47,416 nucleotides of DNA from an uncultured Spirochaetota bacterium (lineage in GTDB: Bacteria; Spirochaetota; Spirochaetia; SZUA-6; Fen-1364), in NCBI GenBank assembly GCA_963745235.1, contig CAVUXE010000089.1, positions 1 to 47,416 of the forward strand, given 5' to 3'. The notes under the pieces were generated by a model. The model saw nothing but the letters and a program-made list of their open reading frames with translations. It was not told the origin of the DNA and ran no database searches. This document shows, piece by piece, positions 1 through 8,726 of this stretch; the stretch's first letter is position 1; every line of letters starts with the position of its first letter. The translations under genes and the position numbers were made by a program.

Positions 1-240
1 TCCGCGGAGAATCTCAGCCAGGCGAAGCTGACCCGCAGAGACAGTCCTGAAAGGGCTGTATTCGGAGGTCGGTTGGAACGTGGCGGTGAAGTGGGGCAGA
101 CGACAGCCCGAAGGCAGCGACGATTGCCCCGTAACCCGTTTTACCTATCAGACAGGCCCGCGAGCTGCACCGTCGGCGCTCGTCAAGCTGACCAAAATGC
201 GTTTCACGCTCGCCGCCCGTAGGAGGCGGCAAGCGTTGGG
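1..240 (+). mobile_element. Structured non-coding fragment resembling 5' domain I of a group II intron (truncated; no intron ORF or 3' domains seen)
   Basis: Nested hairpins: GCTGACC/GGTCGGT enclosing ACAGTCC-TGAAA-GGGCTGT; GGGGCA/TGCCCC enclosing GCC-CGAA-GGC; GCCGCC/GGCGGC at ~212-230. The string CAGCCAGGCGAAGCTGACC...GGTCGGTTGGAACGTGGCGGTGAA recalls group IIB domain I from memory only. Confidence 0.35.
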
Positions 241-266
241 GAGCTTTTGTTTAGCTATTGGCCGTC

Positions 267-413
267 CCCATCCGCTTGCAATTCGCGGTGGCGACCAAGC
301 TCAAGAACCCGGAGGTCCAGCTGTACCCGGTGGAAGCCGATCCGCGGCAGATCGAAAGGACGAAGCGGATCGCGGAGCGCGTCTGGGAAGCAATCGAGCG
401 CCAGATTTTCTAC
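267..413 (+). pseudogene. C-terminal remnant of a PD-(D/E)XK (RecB/Cas4-like) nuclease family protein
   Basis: PIRLQFAVATKLKNPEVQLYPVEADPRQIERTKRIAERVWEAIERQIFY resembles the C-terminal part of planctomycete PD-(D/E)XK proteins. No catalytic N-terminus and no terminal Cys cluster. Confidence 0.5.
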
Positions 414-784
414 GCCCTTTGCTTTCGCGTTTCATGGCCGAATCGCAGCAGCCCGTCGCGCACGGCTCAGCTTCCAGCAGGCGAAAGCGGGCGCGGAGTC
501 GGCGATCCGCGGGTTTGGGGAGGTCGGGTGGAGCGTGGCGGTTGGGTGGGCAGCGGGCGACGGTGCGACCGCGGGCGCGGAAGCGAGATAGGCAGCCGTT
601 CTTCGTCGCGGGGCATGGCGATTGCTCACGAGGCAGAAAATGGCACCCGCAATCCGACTTCACTAGGGGCTTCGCCCCTCAACCCGAAGCACCTCGGGCT
701 TGTGGTTCACTCACTTCGCCTGTGCTTGCCCGGCCACGGTTCGTCCCTCGCCTTGCGCTGTGGGCTGCATCCGGCTCCGCTCAC

Positions 785-1390
785 TCACCTTGCTTGTCGC
801 TTGTCCGCCGGAACTCGGGCGGCACGCAGGCCCAGGCCGGCCGCATCGCCAGGGCGCTCCCGGCGGTTCGCCGACCGGCAGCCCCACGCCGGGTGGAACC
901 AGCCGCCGCCGCGAAGCACGCGGACCGAGCCCTTGCAGCACCCGTCGGATCGTCCACGGGCGACTCCCTGAATACCCGTCCTAACCAATCCTGGCACCAC
1001 TCCCACACGTTCCCGTGCATGTCGTACAGCCCCAGGCGTTCGGCTTCTTCTCGCCACAGGATGCGTCTTGTTGCCCGAGTTCTTGTCGTACCACGCATAT
1101 TCGCCAAGTTCGATTCTCATCGTCGCCGAAGCAGTACTCGTCGTGCTCCCTGCCCGGCAGGCGTATTCCCACTGCGCTTCGGTGGGCAACTGGAACTTGC
1201 CGCCCCGCGGCCGGACTTCGCGTTGAGCTTGCCGAGGAACTGCTGGCAGTCGTCCCAACTGACCTGTTTCCACCGGGTTCTTCGGCCCCTTGAAGTGGCT
1301 CGGGTTGTTGCCCATCACGGCCTCCCACTGCTCCTGCGTCACCAGATACTTGCCCAGGTAAAACGGCTTGGTGATCCGAACCCGGTGTAC
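785..1390 (-). pseudogene. Formylglycine-generating enzyme (SUMF1/FGE-sulfatase, CLec-fold) domain protein, 5'-truncated and multiply frameshifted
   Basis: Across three frames: HRVRITKPFYLGKYLVTQEQWEAVMGNNPS, LPTEAQWEYACRAG, KKPNAWG, LYDMHGNVWEWCQDW, RVLRGGGW...CRSANR...GLRAAR. Confidence 0.9.
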
Positions 1391-1900
1391 GCATGAGAGA
1401 CCAGCGGGGGATATTTTCTTCACAACCAGGGGCACCACGTCGTCCCATCGTTCCCGATAGATGTCCAGCATGGAGATCCCTCGTGACGGGACGCCGTGAA
1501 ATCAAAGGTCTTGATGTTGTGCAGGAGGTCGAAGGAAACAACGTTGATTGAGGGTGAGCCTCCGCCGGATACCTTCACGACGAGCCAGCAGTCCACACCA
1601 GCGTCCCGGGCCACTTTGTTGCGATCCAAGACTGACGAGGGAAAGGACTTCAGCGAATAATCGATGGGGTGGGCGCGTCGTCAGCTTCGCTCAGGGCGGT
1701 CAGGAAGGACCGCTTGAGGACAATCATTTCGTTGTCCGAGTAGCCTCCGCCGAAGAGGCCGCTTTTTTCCATGACGAACAGGAGCCGGCGGGGCGCCTTG
1801 TCTGGTGCTGGTGCGGGAGAGGTCGCCTGGTCTGCGCGAAGAGCGCCCCCTGGGCCAGGAGGAAAAGGACGGGAATCAGGCACGCGGTTTGCCTCTTCAT
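1388..1900 (-). CDS. Secreted protein with CsgG/TolB-N-like N-terminal domain; frameshifted and 3'-truncated at the junction
   Basis: ATG at 1900 just after the upstream stop. Signal peptide MKRQTACLIPVLFLLAQGALFAQ, continuing through ORF pieces 1650..1883, 1420..1629 (VARDAGVDCWLVVKVSGG...INVVSFDL) and MLDIYRERWDDVVPLVVKK. Confidence 0.6.
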
Positions 1901-1904
1901 TGCG

Positions 1905-2880
1905 CTACCACCATGTCGAGTACTTCGTCAGCACGCGTGCCTTCGTGTCAAACCCGTAGAATGACCGCCGCCCGGCCCTGTACGCAAAGCGCGTATTCCT
2001 AGGGTCGGTCCCTGAATAGAAGCTGGCCTGCGTTGAGCCCGTGGTCGGATCTATGCGCACAAAGTTGCCCGAACCGTTGTCATAGGCAATGATGGTTCCC
2101 TGCGCGTAGCCAAACGTGCCCGTGTCGAGGTTGCTGCGGGAGGGAGGCGAAAGATCCAGGACATTCGTGGTGACGACGAAGCTTGTTGCCTTCGGCGCGG
2201 CGAAGAAGTAGGTCGTGGCGTTATTCGAGCCACCGTTGTTGGATTGGCCCACAATGAAAACGGCCTTTCCCGCGGCGCTGTCATCAAAGACGCCAAAGAC
2301 CTGCAGGTTGGACATGCTGGACGAAAGCGTAACGATTGAAGGGGAGCCGGAAGCCCACGTATTGGGGTAGGTGGTGTAATTCAGCGTATTGCCGCTCGAG
2401 ATGGAGAACCCGGCGATCTGTTCGGTCAGCGCGGTATCCACAAAGCCGTCCACTCCTGCCTCGTTGTTTGAAAAGAGGAAAGTCCCTGCCGGCAGGGTCG
2501 GCAGGGTAGAGTTGGGCGTCAGGTCCGGGTTCAGGACAATATTGCCCACCACGATGCGGCCAAGGGCGTCCACCATGGCGCCATCCCCTTGAGAAAGGAT
2601 CAGCGTCTGCTTGAAGTTCAAGTCCAGGTCGTAGATGAAAGCAACACTGCCCGGAAGAGGGGTTGCCAATGACGAGCACGTACCCATAGCCGCCTGTCTC
2701 CAGGACCCTGACGTGGAAGGCAGATCCGTCGTTCGAGGTGATCTGGCCCGACAGGTTCGCCTGCGCTTTTGCCAGCACGGTTGTTGCCGGAAAAACAGAC
2801 CCGAAAATGACGTTGAGGACCTGGCACGAACCAAGTGAGAGAACCGCCCCGAGCGCGCAGACAGCCCGCATGGTCCTCAT
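1905..2880 (-). CDS. Hypothetical beta-rich lipoprotein (frameshift near 2650)
   Basis: ATGA overlap with upstream gene. MRTMRAVCALGAVLSLGSC lipobox. Ser/Thr/Asn-rich beta-strand body in ORF 1905..2834. Confidence 0.7.
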
Positions 2881-4109
2881 TTCCATGGGATTACGACTCC
2901 CAGCGTGATGGGTGGAAAGAACCCGCCCCAGGTCATTGGGGGGCCGCCGGATCCCAGGAGGTTGTTCCCGACCCCCAGGGGCAGCTTCACATCGATCCTG
3001 GCGAACGTGGGGAAGCCGAAGGTGTGCCACTCCGACCAGAGGCTGAGGACGTTCAGGTAGACATCCGTGAAAATCGGCAGGCTCGTTGCCGGGATCCACG
3101 TGAGGATTGTCCCCACGCCCGTGGAGATTCCAAACCTGAATCCGGCTTCAGGCGGCCGAAACAGATACAGTCCCGCCTGGAGCTCGGAGTCCATGTGGAT
3201 GGGCCAGCTGGCGTTGGGAACGAAAGGTATCTGGGTGAAGACGTACTCTGAAAAGTTGACCATGATCCAGTCCGGCTTGGGGTACCATCTGAGGGCGGCC
3301 CCCGCCCCTTCCAGCTCGCCGAGGGTCCAATTCACCTCGAAGGACAGGTTGTTGGCCCGGGGGATTGGGGTAAGCGCCACCTCGGGGGCGGCAATGACTG
3401 TCTGCCTGAGGGTGTGATATCCCTCCTGGCGCTTCTCCACCATGAACTGCGTCCCCGCTTTGAGGCCGTCTGTCTGGAAAACCAGTGTCCCGTTCTCTAT
3501 GCGCCCGACGCTCTTCTGTCCCTCCACCACGACCTCCATCCCGTTCTGGGCAGAGGTGAAGGTGATCTGGTCTATACGGACATCGTTCTTCAAGGTGATC
3601 AGCCGGGGCGCGGACAGGAACACCACTCTCTGCACCAAGTCCGCAATCTCTCCATGGATGGAGTTGTAGAATCCCAGGTTGAAGCGCCAGGTGTGAAGGA
3701 AGCCGGTGATCAGCGTACCCGCCTTGACGTCATAACACTGCAGGGACACAAGGATCCGGTCCTTCTCCATCCAGTAGAAACCTGAGACCGCCATGTCCGC
3801 GCCGGCCTTCTGACCCAGGACGAGAGCCTGGGACGCTTCCGTCACCCGATCCGGGGCGAGCTTCAGCCGCGCGGCCTCTGCCGTCCACAGCTCATCCGGA
3901 AGGATCTTGAAACCGACCGCCTCGAACTCCTGCCTTACCGCATCGCTCAACGGCTTCTGGTGCTCCTGCTGCGCGCCGTTCGGTGAGAGATTGGCAAGCG
4001 GGAAAACGCAGACCTGGGCGTCAGTAACCTTGGAATCAGCGGGCCATCCCCCTGCGGCCGCGAGTGTGATGAGGAGTATGGCAAGAACCAGCTCTCGTGC
4101 GTGTCGCAT
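2877..4109 (-). CDS. Secreted/outer-membrane protein: CsgG/TolB-N-like domain, PEGA-like middle, predicted C-terminal beta-barrel
   Basis: Signal peptide; VCVFPLANLS...GQKAGADMAVSGFY...VSLQCYDV; amphipathic strands ending ITLGVVIPWK. Confidence 0.7.
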   Translation of the reverse strand: MRHARELVLAILLITLAAAGGWPADSKVTDAQVCVFPLANLSPNGAQQEHQKPLSDAVRQEFEAVGFKILPDELWTAEAARLKLAPDRVTEASQALVLGQKAGADMAVSGFYWMEKDRILVSLQCYDVKAGTLITGFLHTWRFNLGFYNSIHGEIADLVQRVVFLSAPRLITLKNDVRIDQITFTSAQNGMEVVVEGQKSVGRIENGTLVFQTDGLKAGTQFMVEKRQEGYHTLRQTVIAAPEVALTPIPRANNLSFEVNWTLGELEGAGAALRWYPKPDWIMVNFSEYVFTQIPFVPNASWPIHMDSELQAGLYLFRPPEAGFRFGISTGVGTILTWIPATSLPIFTDVYLNVLSLWSEWHTFGFPTFARIDVKLPLGVGNNLLGSGGPPMTWGGFFPPITLGVVIPWK

Positions 4110-4232
4110 GACGCTTGTTCAGCGTAGAATATACCATTCTCCGGAGGTTGGACAAGGAGATTACGGGCGCTCGCCGGAAATTGCGGATAGGGGCGACAAA
4201 AATGCGCCCCCGGAAAAAGCGCGCGGATGGCC

Positions 4233-4260
4233 TTGCAAGGCGGATTTTTCGGGATAGACT
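4233..4260 (+). promoter_or_regulatory. Sigma70-like promoter for the PocR-domain gene
   Basis: TTGCAA-N16-TAGACT, with AAGGAG RBS downstream. Confidence 0.5.
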
Positions 4261-4300
4261 AGAGGTGACGCACTGGAAAATGAAAAAGGAGATGGCTCAA

Positions 4301-4838
4301 ATGAAGCTGCAGGACATATTTACCGTGGAAGAGTGGGACAAGCTCCTGGGGTCCTTCAAGACAGTTGTTGGAATTGCCCCCATCACCATCGATGCGACCG
4401 GCAACCCTGTGACATCAGCCTGCTTTACCTGCGAGGCGTGCCGGATGATAAAGAGCGCGCCGGAGGGAGCGAAGCGCTGCAAGGAAGGCCACGTGCGGAT
4501 GGTTGCGGAGGCAAAAGACACCCGGAAGGCCCTCGTGAAGTTCTGCCATGCGAAGTTCCTGAAGGTCATCATTCCTATTTTCGATGGAGACGAGTTCCTG
4601 GGCATCACCGGCGGATGCAACATCCTGCCGGAAAAACGCCCAGGCGGATGACACGTTCATGCTCGGATTGGCTTCGGAAATCGGCGTAGACGGCAGAGAG
4701 CTCGCGGCGGCCGCGCGAAAGGCCAGGAAGGTCTCCAATACGATCATCGAGATGCAGGTCCAGACCCTGATGATGAGAATCAGGACAAGGATGAATCTAG
4801 TCGCGCAGGCTCGCCGACAAGCCTCCGCGTCCGTCTGA
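4301..4838 (+). CDS. Stand-alone PocR ligand-binding domain protein (frameshift near 4635)
   Basis: IDATGNPVT..CFTCEACRMIKS.PEGAKRC...KFCHA...IIPIFDGDEFLG..GGC is the PocR Cys pattern. C-terminus lies in ORF 4584..4838. Confidence 0.8.
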
Positions 4839-4848
4839 GCTCCCCTGT

Positions 4849-5826
4849 CTACAAGGAGAAAGACCCTGACTCGTTGAAGCTGAGCGGGACAGGCTCCTTG
4901 CGGATCTCGTCGGGGAACTTGATGGTCGCGCTCCCGGTGATCCCGAAAGCTCCCTTGCGTTGCGCGAACAGCGCGCGAACGTTGCGGGAAAGCCGCCCGG
5001 AGCTGAACGTATTCGTCACGGTGACGAGGTCCCTCCCCTCTTTCCTGACGATGCCGGAGCTCTCACCTGTCACCAGCTTCTCCCCGTTCACGGAAAGCTC
5101 GTAGCCAAGCTTGTCGAACGACAGCGGCCCCCGGGCCTCGTTGCGGATCTCCAGGGTGAAGCTCACCGTCAGGGGGACATCCAGGTCCGCCGGATCTATC
5201 ACGGGAGCCGGAGGCTGCCTCCCGTGAAGGATGTTGGTGAACACTCCCAGGGCCTTATCCGGGTCCGTCTTCCTGCCTGCCCGCACAATTGCATCCGCCA
5301 CCTGTTCCCGTGTCGGCGGCAGGACCCTGAAGTCCAGAATCGCCAGCTTCGGCTTGATTGCCGGTATCTTCTTCGAGAAGGAGTAGTTGAAGGTGATGGT
5401 GCCGGGGAGCCCCGGCAACTTCGGCAGCGGGATAACGAGCGTGCCGTCTACCACCGTATTCAGCCAGTCCTTGGTCGTATAGTCCTTCACCAGCTTGATG
5501 ATTGCGTCGTAGGCAAGCGTGACGGTGAAGGTATTGGACTTCTCGCTATTCGCCGGGACGGAGAAGCCCCCCTTGCTGGCCGCGGTGAACACCTTTGCCC
5601 CCTCCACGGTGAACCCGAGGGTCATCCCGTCGAACCCGAGGTTGACGGGATACGGGTTTTTCACGGCGAGCTCGAAAAGAAACGTGACGTCACGGAAGCT
5701 GATGGCTTCCAGCTCGAAGCGCCTCACCTCCGCCGTGGGCTTGGGCACGCTGCCGGGAAGACCAAAGGCCCAAAGAGTGGCCCCCAGGCAAATGAACAGG
5801 GTTGCAAACAACAATCGTCGTGACAT
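4849..5826 (-). CDS. Secreted LEA type 2 / WHy domain protein (two domains)
   Basis: Signal peptide; FELAVKNPYPVNL motif; second copy FTLEIRNEARGPLSFDKLGYELSVNG. Confidence 0.8.
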   Translation of the reverse strand: MSRRLLFATLFICLGATLWAFGLPGSVPKPTAEVRRFELEAISFRDVTFLFELAVKNPYPVNLGFDGMTLGFTVEGAKVFTAASKGGFSVPANSEKSNTFTVTLAYDAIIKLVKDYTTKDWLNTVVDGTLVIPLPKLPGLPGTITFNYSFSKKIPAIKPKLAILDFRVLPPTREQVADAIVRAGRKTDPDKALGVFTNILHGRQPPAPVIDPADLDVPLTVSFTLEIRNEARGPLSFDKLGYELSVNGEKLVTGESSGIVRKEGRDLVTVTNTFSSGRLSRNVRALFAQRKGAFGITGSATIKFPDEIRKEPVPLSFNESGSFSL

Positions 5827-5881
5827 GGCGTTCCCGTCCTCCCGTTCGACAGTTTAGCGCACCAGAGATTATATTGGACAC

Positions 5882-6907
5882 ATGAGCATCAATTTTGCAA
5901 TGTGGCGGAGGGCAACCTCCACCCTGGTGCGGATGGACAGCAAAAAGGAATGGGATGCCCTGGATGTGGTCTCGAAGTGGCTCATAGCAACCCGCTCCGG
6001 GGTCACCACGGTGACCCTGTATTCCTGCACCATCGCCGGTTTGCTGGCGCTGCGCGGCGGGAGCTTTCCCTGGCTCACCTGGGTGATCGTCACCATCGGC
6101 TTGTTCCTGGCCCACGGCGCAAACAACCTCCTCAACGACTACACCGACTACAGCCGCGGCATCGACAACGACAACTACTTCCGCACGCAGTACGGGGTCC
6201 ACCCGCTGGTCCAGGGGTTCTGGGACAAGAAGACGCAGATCCGCTGGTTCGTGGTGAGCGGCGTGCTCGCGCTGCTGTCCGCCCTTTTTGCCATCTTCTA
6301 CTCGAACTTCGATCCCGTGGTGATCGGGCTGGTCGTCTATGGCTCGCTCATGCTGCTGCTTTACACCTACCCCCTGAAGTACTTTGCCCTCGGAGAGCTG
6401 ACTATCTTCCTGATCTGGGGGCCCATCATGATTGGCGGCGTGTATTTTGTCCTGACGCGGCAGTGGAGCTGGGACGTGGTGCTGACCGGTATCCCCTTCG
6501 GCCTCAGCACGGCGAGCATCAACATCGGCAAGCACATCGACAAGTCAGGAGAGGACAGGCAGAAGGGCGTCGGCACGCTGCCCGTGCGCATCGGGGAGAC
6601 CCCGGCCCGCTACCTGAACATAGCGGCCATCATCCTGGCCTACGCCATCACCGTGTACATGATTGCGGTCCCGCGCTTCCTGACCCCCGCGCTGCTCATC
6701 GTCTTCTTCGCGGCTCCCCTGGGGTGGAAGGCTGTTTCGCGGATGTCCAGGCCACGGCCCGCGGAGGCTCCCCCTGGCTACCCCATCTGGCCGCGATGGT
6801 TCTCCACTGTCGCTTTTGTCCACAACAGGAGGTTCGGCAACCTGTTCATCCTGGGCGTTGCGCTGGACACCGCTATCCGGCTCGTTTTTCCTTCGTTCTG
6901 GAGGTGA
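5882..6907 (+). CDS. menA: UbiA-family prenyltransferase, MenA-like (1,4-dihydroxy-2-naphthoate prenyltransferase)
   Basis: NLLNDYTDYSRGID motif; YTYPLKYFALGE; HIDK...D..KGVGTLPVRIG; multiple TM helices. Confidence 0.8.
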   Translation: MSINFAMWRRATSTLVRMDSKKEWDALDVVSKWLIATRSGVTTVTLYSCTIAGLLALRGGSFPWLTWVIVTIGLFLAHGANNLLNDYTDYSRGIDNDNYFRTQYGVHPLVQGFWDKKTQIRWFVVSGVLALLSALFAIFYSNFDPVVIGLVVYGSLMLLLYTYPLKYFALGELTIFLIWGPIMIGGVYFVLTRQWSWDVVLTGIPFGLSTASINIGKHIDKSGEDRQKGVGTLPVRIGETPARYLNIAAIILAYAITVYMIAVPRFLTPALLIVFFAAPLGWKAVSRMSRPRPAEAPPGYPIWPRWFSTVAFVHNRRFGNLFILGVALDTAIRLVFPSFWR

Positions 6908-7988
6908 TGCGAACTTCTCCGACCTCCCTGTTTCCCGCCGCGAAGCCGAGGAGCTTTGCGCCCTCCCCGGCTATGGCCTCTGTGTCTGGCTTCGAAAGGA
7001 ACTCGAAGGGTTCGATCAGGAGGGAGGCTTTGGCGCCGTTCCTGACGATTTTCCAGGCGCCACGGACAAATCCATCCACCAGAAAAGCGCCGCGTGTGAA
7101 GATGCGCCCGGTGTAGCCGTCGGCGATCACCCGGGTGCGGTCGGAATGCGACAGCATGAGGTTGTCGTACTCGGGAAGGAACCGCGGCGGAGCGGGGACA
7201 TCAGGATCAGGCCTCGGAGCGTCGGGAAGGTCGAAGAGCTCGACCCCGTCTTCATTTCGAAACACCCGAAGCCGCGGGCGCAGGCGCCCCACGGGCACGT
7301 TCAGCCGCGTCAGCCAGCACCACGCCTGGATGTCCCGGATCGAGGCGGGCCCGAATGCCGCGAGGTAGCGAAGGATCATGCCGTCCGGCGCCGATGCAAC
7401 GGCCACCCGGCTGCCGAGCCATGACTCCACGGTCGTCCAGGCGGCCAGACCGCCTTTCCCCCAGATTCCCCGGGGCGGCACCTGGACTACGGGGACGAGG
7501 TATCGCACCGCGTACGCAAGCGAGGCCGCGTCTCTCTTCGGCCAACGGGTCCCCAGGCGCCTGCCGAGGGCGGCCAGGGTTTGCGGCTGCTCCTCCAGGA
7601 ACGCGCGTCCGGCAGCCATGACCGCCTCGAGGTCGACTCCCTTGATTCGCTTCGCGAAAGGGCTGCCCGTGTGGAAACCCCGCTCCTGCACGGCTTGAAG
7701 AACGCAACGGAGCGCCAGGCAGTCCCGGGAGGTCACCAGGTGGATGGTGGTCCGCATCAGGGAAACACGGACGGCCTTCCGATCCTCGATCAGCCGCGCA
7801 AGGCTTTCCGGCTTGAAGCCTGCGAGGCGGCTCCACAGCCCGACATACGGGGCAAGGGGAGACTGCGCCTGCATGCCCACGAGCCGCTCCAGCGCCTCAG
7901 CAGGGGCAAGCTTCCAGTGGCGCAGGAGCATCTGCCTCTCGAGCAAGGCGCGATTGAGCGCCCTCTGGCCGAGCCTGTCGGGCGTCAT
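6873..7988 (-). CDS. AlkZ/YcaQ-family (HTH_42) DNA glycosylase, AlkZ-like subtype
   Basis: NRALLERQMLL, GMQAQ motif, LMRTTIHLV, RYLAAFGPAS, FLPEYDNL. Confidence 0.9.
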   Translation of the reverse strand: MTPDRLGQRALNRALLERQMLLRHWKLAPAEALERLVGMQAQSPLAPYVGLWSRLAGFKPESLARLIEDRKAVRVSLMRTTIHLVTSRDCLALRCVLQAVQERGFHTGSPFAKRIKGVDLEAVMAAGRAFLEEQPQTLAALGRRLGTRWPKRDAASLAYAVRYLVPVVQVPPRGIWGKGGLAAWTTVESWLGSRVAVASAPDGMILRYLAAFGPASIRDIQAWCWLTRLNVPVGRLRPRLRVFRNEDGVELFDLPDAPRPDPDVPAPPRFLPEYDNLMLSHSDRTRVIADGYTGRIFTRGAFLVDGFVRGAWKIVRNGAKASLLIEPFEFLSKPDTEAIAGEGAKLLGFAAGNREVGEVRITSRTKEKRAG

Positions 7989-8024
7989 GCCGACAAAGTA
8001 CAGAAATCGCGCGGCGCCGTCATC

Positions 8025-8726
8025 CTAGGAAACAATCTCCATTCGAAGGCCGCGGCGATCCACAGGAGGCGGCGTCGGCAGCGTGACGTGCGTCCCCGCG
8101 AGGATCCGTATCGCCGTCCAGAGGGTTGCGAATGCGTCCAGCAGATCGTCGCCGGCCCACCCGCCGCGCGGGAGGCCTTCCCGCGCGGCCTCGACCCCAG
8201 CTCCAAAGACCGACACCACCAGCTCCTCTCGCTCTGCTCTTCCCATCGGGGTCTTTTTTGCGTGGCTCATTCCTTTGCCGCCGTTCCAGCGCCAGAAGCA
8301 CAGCTCGGGATGCGTTTCATGGGTCATTCCCCGATACTCGGGGTGCGCTCTCAGGAACTTGTCGACTTCCCGGATCTTCGGGATGATGTTCCAGGTCTCG
8401 CGGTTGATGGCGCGGCCGTCAACCGCGCGTCCGACGGCGCACGCTTCGGCGTAGGTTGCCGCGCCCAGGATCCGCCTCACGGGTGCGGGAAACACGCTGC
8501 TGGAGCGCGGCCTCCCCAGCACCTTCCGAGCCTCCAGGTCGCAAAGCCTCGGTCCAGAGTCCGTCAGGCCGATGGGGATGTCGATGGCTACCGCCACCGG
8601 GGCCGGATCCAAAGCGAGGAGACCGTCTATTCGAGGCAGGATTCCCGCGTTGCACTCCCCGTTTTCGATGTTCCGCGCGACGTACAGCCACCCCGCGCGG
8701 CAGCCGTCAATCCCCAGCGTCAGCAC
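8025..8726 (-). CDS. DUF429 family predicted RNase H-fold nuclease
   Basis: GIDGCRAGW, AIDIPIGL, RSSSVFPAP, ETHPELCF, DDLLDAFA. Confidence 0.9.
   Translation of the reverse strand: MLTLGIDGCRAGWLYVARNIENGECNAGILPRIDGLLALDPAPVAVAIDIPIGLTDSGPRLCDLEARKVLGRPRSSSVFPAPVRRILGAATYAEACAVGRAVDGRAINRETWNIIPKIREVDKFLRAHPEYRGMTHETHPELCFWRWNGGKGMSHAKKTPMGRAEREELVVSVFGAGVEAAREGLPRGGWAGDDLLDAFATLWTAIRILAGTHVTLPTPPPVDRRGLRMEIVS

Noticed and set aside
80-1396. 438-aa plus-strand ORF
   Set aside because: Arg/Pro/Ala-rich antisense shadow of the FGE gene and non-coding DNA; no motifs.
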